A stretch of DNA of 64,000 bases. Source: Octopus sinensis. Its lineage: Eukaryota. How positions within the stretch are numbered: position 1 is the first letter of the stretch; every line of letters starts with the position of its first letter. Positions 51,559 to 62,864 of this stretch are shown here, piece by piece. Where the stretch lies: assembly GCF_006345805.1 (NCBI RefSeq), contig NC_042998.1, positions 34,410,001-34,474,000 on the forward strand, read 5' to 3'. The notes beneath the pieces are model-generated. The model was given only the letters and a program-made list of their open reading frames with translations. It had not been told where the DNA came from and ran no database searches. A program made the translations under genes and the position numbers.

Positions 51559-51600
51559 GGGAAACTGAGTCGCAATCAGAACTCAGTGCCCTGTCTGAAG
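51559..51600 (+). CDS. Candidate 42-nt internal coding exon of an unidentified host gene
   Basis: Acceptor tttcttccttctccag, donor AAG|gtaagt, length divisible by 3, unique flanks. Phase 1 reads ETESQSELSALSE; phase 0 is also open. Confidence 0.65.
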
Positions 51601-51683
51601 GTAAGTTGATACGTTTTCATATTAATATTTGAAATTCCTCATGTGATATAAATGGATATCCTTGAAAATATATATCATATATA

Positions 51684-51934
51684 TATTGGGTTGCTGCATA
51701 ATTATCGCGTTTTTTTTTTCAACAAATTTTATTCAACAAAAACAATAACAATATTTAACAAAAACATCTTTAAATGATTATTCCAGAGCATATTCACTTC
51801 AATTACTGCTTCCCATTTACTAGGCAGACGGTCAGACCATCATTTAAAGATGTTTTTTTGTTAAACATTGTTATTGTTTTTGTTGAATAAAATTTATTGA
51901 AAAAATGCTGCAATAATTATGCACCAACCCAATA
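51684..51934. mobile_element. mariner MITE with ~95-bp inverted arms
   Basis: TA-ttgggttgctgcataattat ... ataattatgcaccaacccaa-TA; the spacer encodes DRLPSKWEAVIEV on the minus strand (mariner C-terminus). Confidence 0.88.
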
Positions 51935-51946
51935 TATATGTATACT

Positions 51947-52392
51947 GAATCAAAATCGATCAACGAATCGAAATTGATCAACATCAATGGAAATTGTAGC
52001 TGTAATACCAGTGCTGATGGCACGTAAGAGAACCATCCGAACGTGGCCGTTGCCAGCGCCGCCCCGACTGGCCTCCGTGCAGGTGGCATGTAAAAAGCAC
52101 CCTCCGATTGTGGCTGTTGCCAGCCTTGTCTGGCTCCCATGCTGGTGGCATGTAAAAAGCACCATCCGATCGTGGCCGTTTGCCAGCCTCGTCTGGTACC
52201 TGTGCAGGTGGCACGTAAAAAGCACGCACTACACTCACGGAGTGGTTGGCATTAGGAAGGACATCAAGCTGTAGAAACACTGCCAGATCAGACTGGGCCT
52301 GGTGCAGCCTTTTGGCCTCCCAGACCCCAGTTGAACCGTCCAACTCATGCTAGCATGGAATACGGATGTTTAACGATGATGATAATGATGAT
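51947..52392 (+). mobile_element. Family C, young copy with 4 subrepeats
   Basis: Repeated gtggcatgtaaaaagcacc units about 60-65 bp apart, then a (GAT)n tail. Confidence 0.88.
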
Positions 52393-52789
52393 ATATATGC
52401 GCATAGACACACATTAACATACATACACGTCTTGCATTCTCTCACTCTGTATGTGTGTCTGTGTGTCTTTGTGTATAGTGATTTAAATTCAAATTGCATG
52501 ACATATAACCGGTTTATAGAATTCCATGCACATTCTTATACTTCAAAAGAGGAAAACTGCAAGAACTTGTATTGTTGTCTGAATTTCCTTTCACTTGTCT
52601 CAGTAGTTCCAAAGATCACAAAGGACACAGCAGAAAACGGAAAAAGCAGAAGACTCCTTTTATAGATTTAGTTATGACATCTCTAATACAAATAACTACG
52701 TATACAGCTAACTATAGGAAAAGCAGGGAAAATAATGTAACATGGTATACCATTCCTTTCACAAGAAATCTAAAAATGAATATATTTAA

Positions 52790-53064
52790 TGTTGTGTCTG
52801 AGGAGAGTCATATTCTTTTTGTGCCTTATAATATAACACACTCACCGGTAAAATTTCCACTTTTTTCTTATTTTTATTTTCCTAAAATTTTCGTTGTCTT
52901 GCAACCTTTTCAATAGTTTTTTAAGAAAATAAAAATTAGAAATTTTACCGGTGAGTGTGTTACATTATAAGGCACAAAAAGAAAATGACTCTCCCCAGAC
53001 ACAACAGAATATGCTTCAACACACAAACTCATATAAAGAATCTTGCAAACCAAATCCAAAAACG
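52790..53064 (+). mobile_element. Fold-back retroelement with hammerhead motif and 12-bp TSD
   Basis: TSD gaatatatttaa at 52778-52789 and 53065-53076; inverted duplication ~52790-52857 / 52940-53006. Confidence 0.78.
52882..52916 (-). ncRNA. Candidate minimal type-I hammerhead, U3-A8 variant
   Basis: Minus strand CUA-UUGAAAA-G-GUUG caaga CAAC-GAAA-AUU-U-UAG; palindromic AAUU helix III; stem I only 3 bp. Confidence 0.45.
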
Positions 53065-53674
53065 GAATATATTTAAGATTTTCTTTAATATACTAATGAT
53101 AACATTTCCATCTGACCAGAAATTCTCTAGCATTTTTCATCAATTTTCAATCAAATTCCCATCCTCAGCTACAACTAATCTGGCACATAATGTAGACTAT
53201 CTTAATATCTCTAAAATCAACAAGTCCACTGAGTGCAAGCATTATGCTGGTTGAAATAGAAACTCTGTTTCTTATCTTATGTAGTAACAGAAATCTAAGC
53301 ATAAATAGAATTCCTGAAACTCAATTCCAGGAATTGTAATCTGAATAGTGAAATGAACTTCTTAAACACTCAATACAAAGTAAAAGTATAGAGATAACTA
53401 TTTCTAATTTGAGACAAGAGGATACTAGTAATTTCAAAAGTAGAGAAAGCAATGAAATGATATTACCCCATCTTAAGAAGGTTAATGTGGAATGTTTCTA
53501 TGTTGAAAAATTTCATAGCTTTTATAGCCAGAAAAATAATGATATGACAATCACAAAAATATCACTGTAAGCACTAAAACTACAAGTAAACATAAGTAAA
53601 GGGTGACGCACTAGATTAATGTGAAATTGTTTTTATTATAACTGAACATAAAAACAAACATTGACACACACACA

Positions 53675-53709
<35 letters not shown>

Positions 53710-53869
53710 TTACACACACACACACATATTGGAGCAATCTCAAGATTAATCATCCGACATCACGAGGATGATCCGGTTCTTGACTGAAGATTGAAAGCTT
53801 CGAATGACCCGTCCGTGTTTTTTGTATCATCTTCTGAATGTTTTGCGTTCTTGTCTCATTTTGTATTTT

Positions 53870-54271
53870 AGGCGCAGGAGTGGCTGTGTGGTAAGTAGCT
53901 TGCTAACCAGCCACATGGTTCTTGGTTCAGTCCCACTGCGTGGCATCTTGGGCAAATGTCTGCTATAGCCTCGGGCCGACCAATGCCTTGTGAGTGGATT
54001 TGGTAGACAGAAACTGAAAGAAGCCTGTCATATATATATGTATATATATGTATGTGTATGTATATGTTTGTGTCTGTATTTGTCTCTCTAGCATTGCTTG
54101 ACAACCGATGCTGGTGTGTTTACGTCCCCGTCACTTAGCGGTTTGGCAAAAGAGACCGACAGATTAAGTACTGGGCTTACAAAGAATAAGTCCCGGGGTC
54201 GATTTGCTCGACTAAAGGTGGTGCTCCAGCATGGCCACAGTCAAATGACTGAAACAAGTAAAAGAGTAAAA

Positions 54272-54275
<4 letters not shown>
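53870..54275 (+). mobile_element. SINE family A, young full-length copy
   Basis: ggcgcaggagtggctgtgtgg ... gaaacaagtaaaagagtaaaag. Confidence 0.9.
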
Positions 54276-54302
<27 letters not shown>

Positions 54303-55037
54303 CGGATCCTTTTTCTGAATATATTGTGGAAAACTGCAGGAATATGCCATTAATACTGAAATGATTAAATGGAAATACATAAATTTGATTAGTTGCTTCA
54401 GAATTAATATATTAAAATAATGATTATAGAAAACTGCGTAATAAAAGCTTTTGTATTTACTAATTCTGATCAAATGTTATTTTTCTCTTCCTTAAGAACT
54501 GCTGCTTTTATTAATATTAACCTGATGGGGAGTCTTATAAAGCATCACGTGATGACTTACTTTGTTCAATGATATATTTTCTTAGAAATCTTGCGAAACG
54601 CTATTCAAACGCTGGCTCCTAGCTGTATGCTGTCATTATTGTTTGAAAATTACAAATCTATATATTTCGTTTCTTTTATAATAATGAGATTTTTTTTTGC
54701 TTTTCGAAACGTGCATTAAACTGTAAATATAAATTTCTATTTTTTAAATGATGTGTTATGCAGATGCATGAAGTCAATAGTGAACAAGTGGATAAAGTGT
54801 GAGGTCTATGGAAATTGAATCCACGTCATCTTCGCTAATACCTTGGTGTAATATCACTAAATCATAATCCCCCCCCTGACAATTCTCACTTCAGTGTTTA
54901 GCCCTTGTATTATCTACAGTCAGTTTAAAAGTTATTTTTGAATCGTTCTTTCTTGTGTTCTGATTATGTAATGGCTGAATAGTTATAATTAGTCAAGCTT
55001 GAAAAGGTCTGTGGCTCAGAACTAGCTTTATCAATAA

Positions 55038-55350
55038 CTAGCAGTATCACCTGGCATTGCTCGGGCTTGTTTCGACCCTTTAGAATTGGAATTTTTGAAA
55101 AGTATAAATTTTGCATTATGTAGCTTGTTATTCTCTTTTAAGTGAACATTTTCCTGGTTGAAATACACCGAAAAATGGCGACACAGCAGTAAAAAAATCG
55201 TAAAAAATAGGGATTTTCATAGAAAAAAAAGCACCTTTTTGATGTAAATAATTTTTGGTGTTAACATGGTCCAATTTGAATTTTTTCTTCTAAAGAAGGA
55301 AGAGCAAGCCTTCTATCATACTCTCAATTTTGGTCAACTTGCACCGCATT
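55038..55350 (-). mobile_element. Non-autonomous Helitron fragment (3' end)
   Basis: Minus strand ends cccgagcaatgccaggtgatactgCTAG|t: an imperfect subterminal hairpin plus CTAG. Confidence 0.6.
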
Positions 55351-58300
55351 AATTTCACGAGCAAGCTGTTTCTTTGATTGGATCAATTTATCATTGTAAT
55401 CAACAGAATTCTCATATTGTTTTCATTCTTGTTCTTAACTTTCTGTAACCACCTTGTACTTCAGTCTACCTGCAGCATCCAAGCACAGCAACCTTCCAAA
55501 GACAGTACAATGAATTTAGTGGGAATCCAAGCTTTGTATGGGTTAAGAAAGGTTCTTTTTCAGCAGCTGTTATGAAGTTGGATTTTTCAAATTGCTAAAG
55601 GAGTTGGAGGTCCAAATATCCTTCATTGTTTAACATCCGCTTTCCATGCTGGCATGGGTTGGACGGTTTGACTGAGGGCTGGCAGGCTAGAAGGCTGCCC
55701 CAGACTCCAATCTGATCTGGCAGTTTCTACAGCTGGATGCCCTTCCTAACGACAGCCACTTCGAGAGTGTTGTTGTTGCTTTTTGCGTGCCACCGGCATG
55801 GGAGCCAGTCAAGGGGCACGGGCATTGACCATGTTCGGATGGTGCTTTTTACATGCCACCAGCACGGGAGCCAGTCAGAGGCACTGGCATCAACCACATT
55901 CAGATGGTGCTTTCCTAAGCAAGCTTTCTGCAGACTTTGATGTCACTTTCTGAGTGCTCCATAAATGATTTAAAGTACTCGAAATATAAGACTTACTTGA
56001 AGTGGTGCTTTTGGTGGTAATGAGTGACTCAAGATCAGCTATTTTGTAGATTATATATGCCATTTACTTGGCCTTGAGATATAACTTGATGTTGTTGCAT
56101 TTAGCTTTTGCTCTTGACCGAAGGGCCTGAATGTCCATACTTTTGTTTGACAAGAAAGCAGCATTGTTGGCTAAATCCAAATTTGGTAGTGTTACTTTCT
56201 TTAATTCTGCCAGTCTTCTTTGGTGCCCACTTGCAAAACCATAATGACAATTAAGGTTGCCCATGTGACCCTCTGCAGGACTGCATACCACAGTTCAAAT
56301 ACTTCTGCCTCTCTGTCTATGGGGTCACTTTATGTTGCGTCATTCCCCACTGTTGGCTTTCATTGGCTCCAAAGAGATGAAACAAGATTCCACATGTCTT
56401 CAAGATGAGATCATTTTCCATTCACGAATTAAATCCACAATGATATTCCTGTTACCACCCACTCCTCCATCTACTTCTACACAAAATTAACTCTTTAATT
56501 AATGCTGTACACAACTCATTTCTTTAACTATTAAAATGAATTCTTTCTCTAATTACAAATGTAACATGATGCCGTATGAACTTCCTTACCCTCTAGCATC
56601 CTGCTGTGTTTTTTAATTGGAAAACTAATTTCTGCACATAGGCTAACATTTTAAATAACGTAATTACACAATTACAAACGTTATTTTTCAGATTGGATAT
56701 ATGCTGACTATTAGACTTAAAATATTGCCATTATGTCCTACTGCTATAAACATAAATGTCATTTAACATTCAGCTATTTTCCTCTGTGTGTTTCTATATT
56801 AATTTCATATTTGAAGAAAATATTACAATTAATGCTCTGCTGAGGGAGTTTTTGGTAAACAATGAATATATTATGAAGTAAATACACACTGGCATGACTG
56901 TGTGGTAAGTAAGCTTGCTTCCCAACCACATGGTTCCAGGTTCAGTCCCACTGTGTGATGTCTTGGAAATGTGTCTTTTACAATAGCCTTGAGCCAATCA
57001 AAAGCTTGTGAATGGATTTGGTTGATGGAAGCTGAAAGAAGTCCATAGTATATGTATATATATATATATATGTGTGTGTGTATGTGTGTGTGTGCTTTTG
57101 TGTTCATGGTTTGTTCCCCGCCCACTGCTTGGCAACTAGTATTAGTGTGTTTACAACAAGGTCAGGAGTCAATTCATTCTACTAAAAGAATTCTTCAAAG
57201 TAGTGCATTAGCATGGCTGCGATCTAGCGACTGAAACAAGTAGAAGATTAAAAATGAAAAATAAACAACAGTAACATTATTGGCCCTGGTGTGTCACCAA
57301 AGATTGTATTTTGGATATGTTGTTACATTCTTGATAACATTATCTGTTAATTTGCCTCCAGTCATTCTTTTAATTGAATGAAAAAAAAATTGTTTTGTAG
57401 AAGACATTATCAGATAGAAAAATCATGTGTGTGTGTATTTGCGCACGTGTGTGTGTATTTGCGCACGTGTGTGTGTATTTGTGTGTGTGTGTGTGTGTGT
57501 GTGTGTTTGTATTGAAACCACTTCTGACATCATTGTGTAGTTATTGTATAAGTAATTTACTGTTTGCAGAGTTTGAATTTCTGGTGTTCAAAGCAGAAAA
57601 AATCCAAACAAACCATTATAAAGATTAAAAAGACAACAAACATTATAAAATGGTTTAGAAAAAGGCAAATTAAGAGTCAAGCTTAAATGATTAAGTACCA
57701 AATAAGTTGACACTCAAATTGTAAATATGAACTGCAATCTGTTAATAGAACACTTCATACGTAAACCTCTAGGTTAATATAGTGTATCTAGGAATTTAAA
57801 TTAAACACAAATACATACATATATAGTTGAAGTGTATTCTGTTAAGAGCGTATTAGAGTTCAAAATAGAGCTGTTGTGTCGTACTCCATCTTAATTTTGA
57901 CTCTATTTATTCTTTCATTTTTACATATATATATTGTATGCTTTGGTGATCCATCTGAACATTGATCGCTGACACTTTCGGCCGATCTGTCCAGATTAGG
58001 CGTCCCTACACTCACACACTATCAATGGTGTTGCTGTTCCCGCTGCCTCGCGCACGGTTGAACGCACCCATCCATATCTAAGAATTGTGTTTATTACAGG
58101 TACGACCTGGCTTCTCTGTCACACTAGTGTAGATGATGATATATATATATTTTTACACACACACACACATATATATGTATGTATGTATATATGGATATAT
58201 AAATATACAAATGGAACAAAACCGCAATAGTGGGCATTAAAACGTTTGAGCTGATACACAATACAAAGGTGGATAAGAGAAACAACAATTAGAAAGACAG

Positions 58301-58467
58301 GCCAAAAAAGATGGGTCATTCTTGGCTTTCTTTCCTCAGTCAAGTTCCAAAACTCATGACCATTTCAGGCAGTTACACTTGAGATGGTTCGATTTGGTAT
58401 ATGTATGTATATATATGTGTATGTGTATATATATGTATATATATTTGTATATATATATGTATACGTA

Positions 58468-58506
<39 letters not shown>

Positions 58507-59499
58507 TGTGGAATTTGCATTGACCCAACTGATTCATATTCTTTGTTTTAGACAACTTTATATGTGAAAAATGACTATGAAAATAATTATTAGCTTTTAA
58601 TTGTTTTTTATTAGATTAATTATAGCTTATAGAAGAATGTTTGTTAAAAAAAAACTCTTCTATTGTTGATTGTATATTTTTTTAATTTAATAATCATTAA
58701 TGAACTTTTCGTTGATGTTGTTATTGAAATTATGTTAATCAGTGCTGTGTCAGTGCATTCTTAGAGCTTCATTCATCTGAACACAAGGTGCAAAGTATGT
58801 CCCTTAATGCTTAGGGGCTATTTATTGGTTTTACAGTCATAAGGTCGCAAGTTTGAATGCTGGTGGCACGTTATGTCCTTGAGCAAGACACTTTATTTTC
58901 ATGTCGCTCCTGTCCATTCAGCTGGCAAAAATGTGTTGTACCTGTATTTCAAAGGTCCAGCTTTGTCACATTCTGTATCATGTTGAATGTCTCTGAGCAC
59001 TACATCAGGTGTACTCAGCCACTTGCATGTTAATTTCATGAGCAGGCTGTTCCATTGGTACATTGATCATCATAACTGACCGAGTACCAGTTCTTGTGGG
59101 AAAAGCTTCTGAAATCTCTTCTGCATTTGGTAACATATTTTTTAGCAATTTTCTTCATAATTTCCTTTCAGATTTTCTGATCAAAAACAACCAATGTTCA
59201 AATTCTTCTTCTTCTATATCTTCTGGGCTTCTGTACTAATGTATGCTATACACCAACGAGGGAAATTTGTACTGAAATTACATTTCGGTGATTTGTTTTA
59301 AGTATCGTTGTGTTCTCTTTAAATTTTTGCCCAGAATTCTCTTTGATAATAATTCTTTAAAGCTTTTATGATCACATGACTGAATTCATGACATAGTGTT
59401 TGAAGGCCAGAAAACTATCTTTGATGTTCTTTGAGAACCAATTATCTCTCTGTTCCATACAATAGGAAAATTTTGCTTTATTTCCAATTCCCACTTACG

Positions 59500-59642
59500 T
59501 AATTCCTTGCCTTCAATCCCCAAAGACCACCAATGCCCAACCTGTAACAGAGCCTTCCAAGCAAGCATAAGACTGATCAACCGCAGCTCTGTGTTCTGTT
59601 TTCTTCTGCTGTGCAATGTCTTTGATCATCAAAGACAAACAA
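59500..59642 (+). mobile_element. RTE (BovB-like) extreme 3' fragment
   Basis: HQCPTCNRAFQASIRLIN, resembling CPxCxRxFxARIGLISH. Confidence 0.6.
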
Positions 59643-59810
59643 TTAGAAAAATAATGACACCCTTAAAATACAGGGAATCTCTACCTTTTCCAAACACCAG
59701 ATACTTTTTTTGTTTCTGCCTCATTGCATTAGCACAATGAAGAATTGTCACTTGCTGTTTTGAAAATTTAAATCTTTTGGAATCTCCAATTTTAAATAAT
59801 TAAATGTGTT

Positions 59811-60640
59811 CTACCTGGATGTGAGATCTGAACTCTTACAGTTCACATGGAATGAAGAATCCAGGCATTTGAGGACAAGTGCTTCAGAAGGCTGCTATGC
59901 ATCCTATACACAGAACACAAAATGAACCACTTAACCCTTTCGTTACTGTATTTATTTTCATTACTATATTTCTTTCAATTAATTTAAATATAATAAAGAA
60001 TTTAGTAAAATAACTTAGTTATCATTAAGCTAGTGTTAGGAACATAAATTGTGACTAAGGCTTGGTGGAAGATTTTAATTCAGAACTTTTGAAAACAAGA
60101 CATTTGTACTACAGAGCCAGAGGTGGTTTCAGCTGGGTTGGTAACGAAAGGGTTAAGACAGTTGGGTTAAAGGAGATTTTGCTTCTATTTCTAGCTGGTT
60201 AAGTGATCACTTACAGGCTTCCTCCAAAACCAATCTTGTTGTATAATTGATAAAAATGTGTAACTCTGCTTCATTTAATCTGCCTGGTTGACAGAGTTCA
60301 TTTTTAATACACAGTAAGGTCATTTTTAACAGCAGTAGGGTCAAGGCAACAATAAAAATATAAAAAGGAAAAATGAAAGCTTGACTGATATGGATATTTT
60401 TTCCGGCCACATCTCCCTACGCCAAACCATCCAACAGAATACTGATGAGGGAGGGTGCAAGAGAGGCAGACAGAGAAAATCTTGTTCTGACAACATCAAG
60501 GATTGAACTAGTCACAACATCATGGCCCTCCTAAACATAACAGAAGAATAGAGGCCAGTGGCTGCCTGTGAAAGCATCTGGAGTCGCATCCCAGTGACTG
60601 GCTGCGTCAGCTAAGGAAACTTGATGATGATGATGATAAT
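59811..60640 (+). mobile_element. RTE LINE 3' remnant interrupted by MITE plus copied flank
   Basis: GCEI*TLT...RIQAFEDKCFRRLLCILYTEHK (59811-59930) resumes as KLD*YG...KRGRQRKSCSDNIKD* (from ~60377); (GAT)n tail. Confidence 0.82.
59931..60156. mobile_element. piggyBac-type MITE
   Basis: TTAA ccctttcgttac ... gtaacgaaaggg TTAA. Confidence 0.9.
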
Positions 60641-62111
60641 AGATATGTTTGTGTGTTTGCTTCAGTTTATAAATGATTTAAAGTTATATTTAACAGAGAT
60701 TTTTTTTTTATCCCTCACTATGATTTTATATAATTTTCATTGTGAATTTCCATTGTAAATCCATAAATTTATAAATTTCTGATTGTAATATCGACAACAT
60801 TTTTTTTTCAAATCGACTTTCTATATTTTTCCCCTCTGCCTTGAGCTCATTGTCTGCTGCCTCTTTCCTATGTCATATTGCGAGCCATTAATTGTGAAAT
60901 GTAATCCAGTTGTCAACTCCAAATGTCTGGGGGGGAAAAAATAGCATGGTTTAAAAAATGTGGAGATAAAGAGAATGTCATTTTATATGGAGAACTAGCT
61001 GTTGAAAGAATTGGTATGACTGTATCAAAAGAACTTAGCAAATGAGAATGGAAAAAAATTACTTTTCTTGCTGCTAACTGATCATTAAATGTTCTGAATC
61101 AGCTCAACTGCTCTAGAAATGGGGGAAAAATAAAACGTATTGATTTATCTTTTCATCATGCAAAAACCATTCTTACAATGCTTTTATTTACAATGTACAG
61201 TGTCAAAATGGAAAGCTCTTTTGGAAATGTTGTTACATTAATGATTTACAATGAGAGAGAATCTTCCATTTGGTATATGTGTTAATACAGGCAGTAAATA
61301 TTTCTGTAAATTCTGTAACAATTAGAAATAGAAATTTAAATGAAATTAAATTTCAGTTCAATCACTGACATGGTCAATGACAGTACCGCCTGATTGGTAC
61401 TCGTGCCAGTGGAATGTTAAAAGCACCATCCGAGCATGGGGTATAACCAGCCCACTTATGAGTACCCCTCATTCATTGAACAATAAACTTTGCTTGTGAA
61501 GACCTATTGAGTCAAGTGAAATCAAGTCAAAATCACTGACATGGCTGATGACAGTACCGCTTGATTGGTACTCATGCCAGTGGAATCTAAAAAGCACCAT
61601 TCGAGCGTGATCATTGGCAGCATCACCTTACCGGCACATGTGTCAGTGGAACGTGAAAAACAACATTCAAGCATGGTTGTTGCCAGTGCCGCCAGACTTC
61701 CTGTCTCTAAGAAAACCCTGTAGAGCATCTCAGAATCTCACATGATCGTCTGCTACATTTGAACAATGTAAATTTCAAACATGCAGAAATTTGGATTTGT
61801 GGTTTCTTTTGTTCCCCAATATTTTCAATGTAAAATTACAGAATATTTATTTGTTTTAGCCAAAATTGTATTAGTGAAATTGAATGGAAAATAAAATTTA
61901 AACTCAAATTGAAATAGAAAAAATATCAAATTAGAACCTTTAATAGTAGAACATTTCAGTTCAAATTTCTGTTTTCAATTTTGAAATCTCAGACTAAAAA
62001 TATTCAATTAAAATCTGTGTTCTTACAAGACAGAGAAAACCATTTCCTATTATTTCCTAGCCAAGATGTTTTCTCATGAAGTAGATGTAACATCCCACTT
62101 CTTGTTCTCAG

Positions 62112-62144
62112 AAAGTGCATTGCATCCATCAGAGAGCTCTTCAG
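62112..62144 (+). CDS. Weak candidate 33-nt microexon
   Basis: cttcttgttctcag|...TCAG|gtttca; phase 1 reads (E)SALHPSESSS; the donor is weak. Confidence 0.25.
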
Positions 62145-62606
62145 GTTTCATACTTAATTAAGAATCTATTTGCATTCATACAACACTTTGACAAGATTTG
62201 CTTGAAAGATATATTTATGGTGGCAGCAATCTTTTCAGAGCAAGAGGTAAACTTGCATTAATTGTGAAGGCAATCCGAATTTCTATTTAAAACTATTTCG
62301 CTTTTACTTAAACTCCTCTAATATCCTTCACTTACTCGGAGCCTTGTACCCAGTCAAAAGGAGTTAACATTTATTACGGGAAGGCTTGTGTGGATAGCCA
62401 TGGCATTAGATTGCTGTTGATTTTAATTAAGTTTTAACCTTGTCAAGCCATGTTCCTGCTATTGTCTAAATGGCTCAAACATCATCTCGACTGGATTCCT
62501 GTTAAAGCAGAAATGAGCAACACACACACACACACAAATAAAAAAAGGAAGATAAGATACTAAAAATAGACAACTGGTTCACAATGTAGCTTTGTAGTCA
62601 AGAGTC

Positions 62607-62864
62607 CGTGAGGGTGACATGTAAAAAGCATCACCCAATCGTGGCCGTTTGCCAGCCTCCTCTGGCCTCTGTGCCGGTGGCACGTAAAAAGCACCCTCTA
62701 CACTCACAGAGAGGTTGACGTTAGGAAGGGCATCCAGCTGTAGAAACACTGCCAGATCAGACTGGAGCCTGGTGCAGCCTTCTGGCTTCCCAGACCCCGG
62801 TCAAACTGTCCAACCCATGCCAGCATGGAAAGCGGACATTAAACGAGGATGATGATGATGATGA
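62607..62864 (+). mobile_element. Family C
   Basis: Two subrepeats, core and (GAT)n tail. Further copies at 31192-31350, 47128-47386, 49791-50041, 50153-50299, 50893-51148 and 55620-55912. Confidence 0.85.

Noticed and set aside
52010-52230. Regularly spaced repeats resembling a CRISPR array
   Set aside because: Intervening sequences are homologous to each other, the context is eukaryotic and there are no cas genes; these are retroelement subrepeats.
55920-56460. Coding-like minus-strand stretch (ORF 56064-56291)
   Set aside because: Possibly a decayed L1/Tx1-type fragment, but no motif I can defend.
62670-62700. gtgccggtggcacgtaaaaagcacc resembling pistol ribozyme P1/pseudoknot
   Set aside because: Could not identify P2/P3 or the conserved cleavage-site elements.
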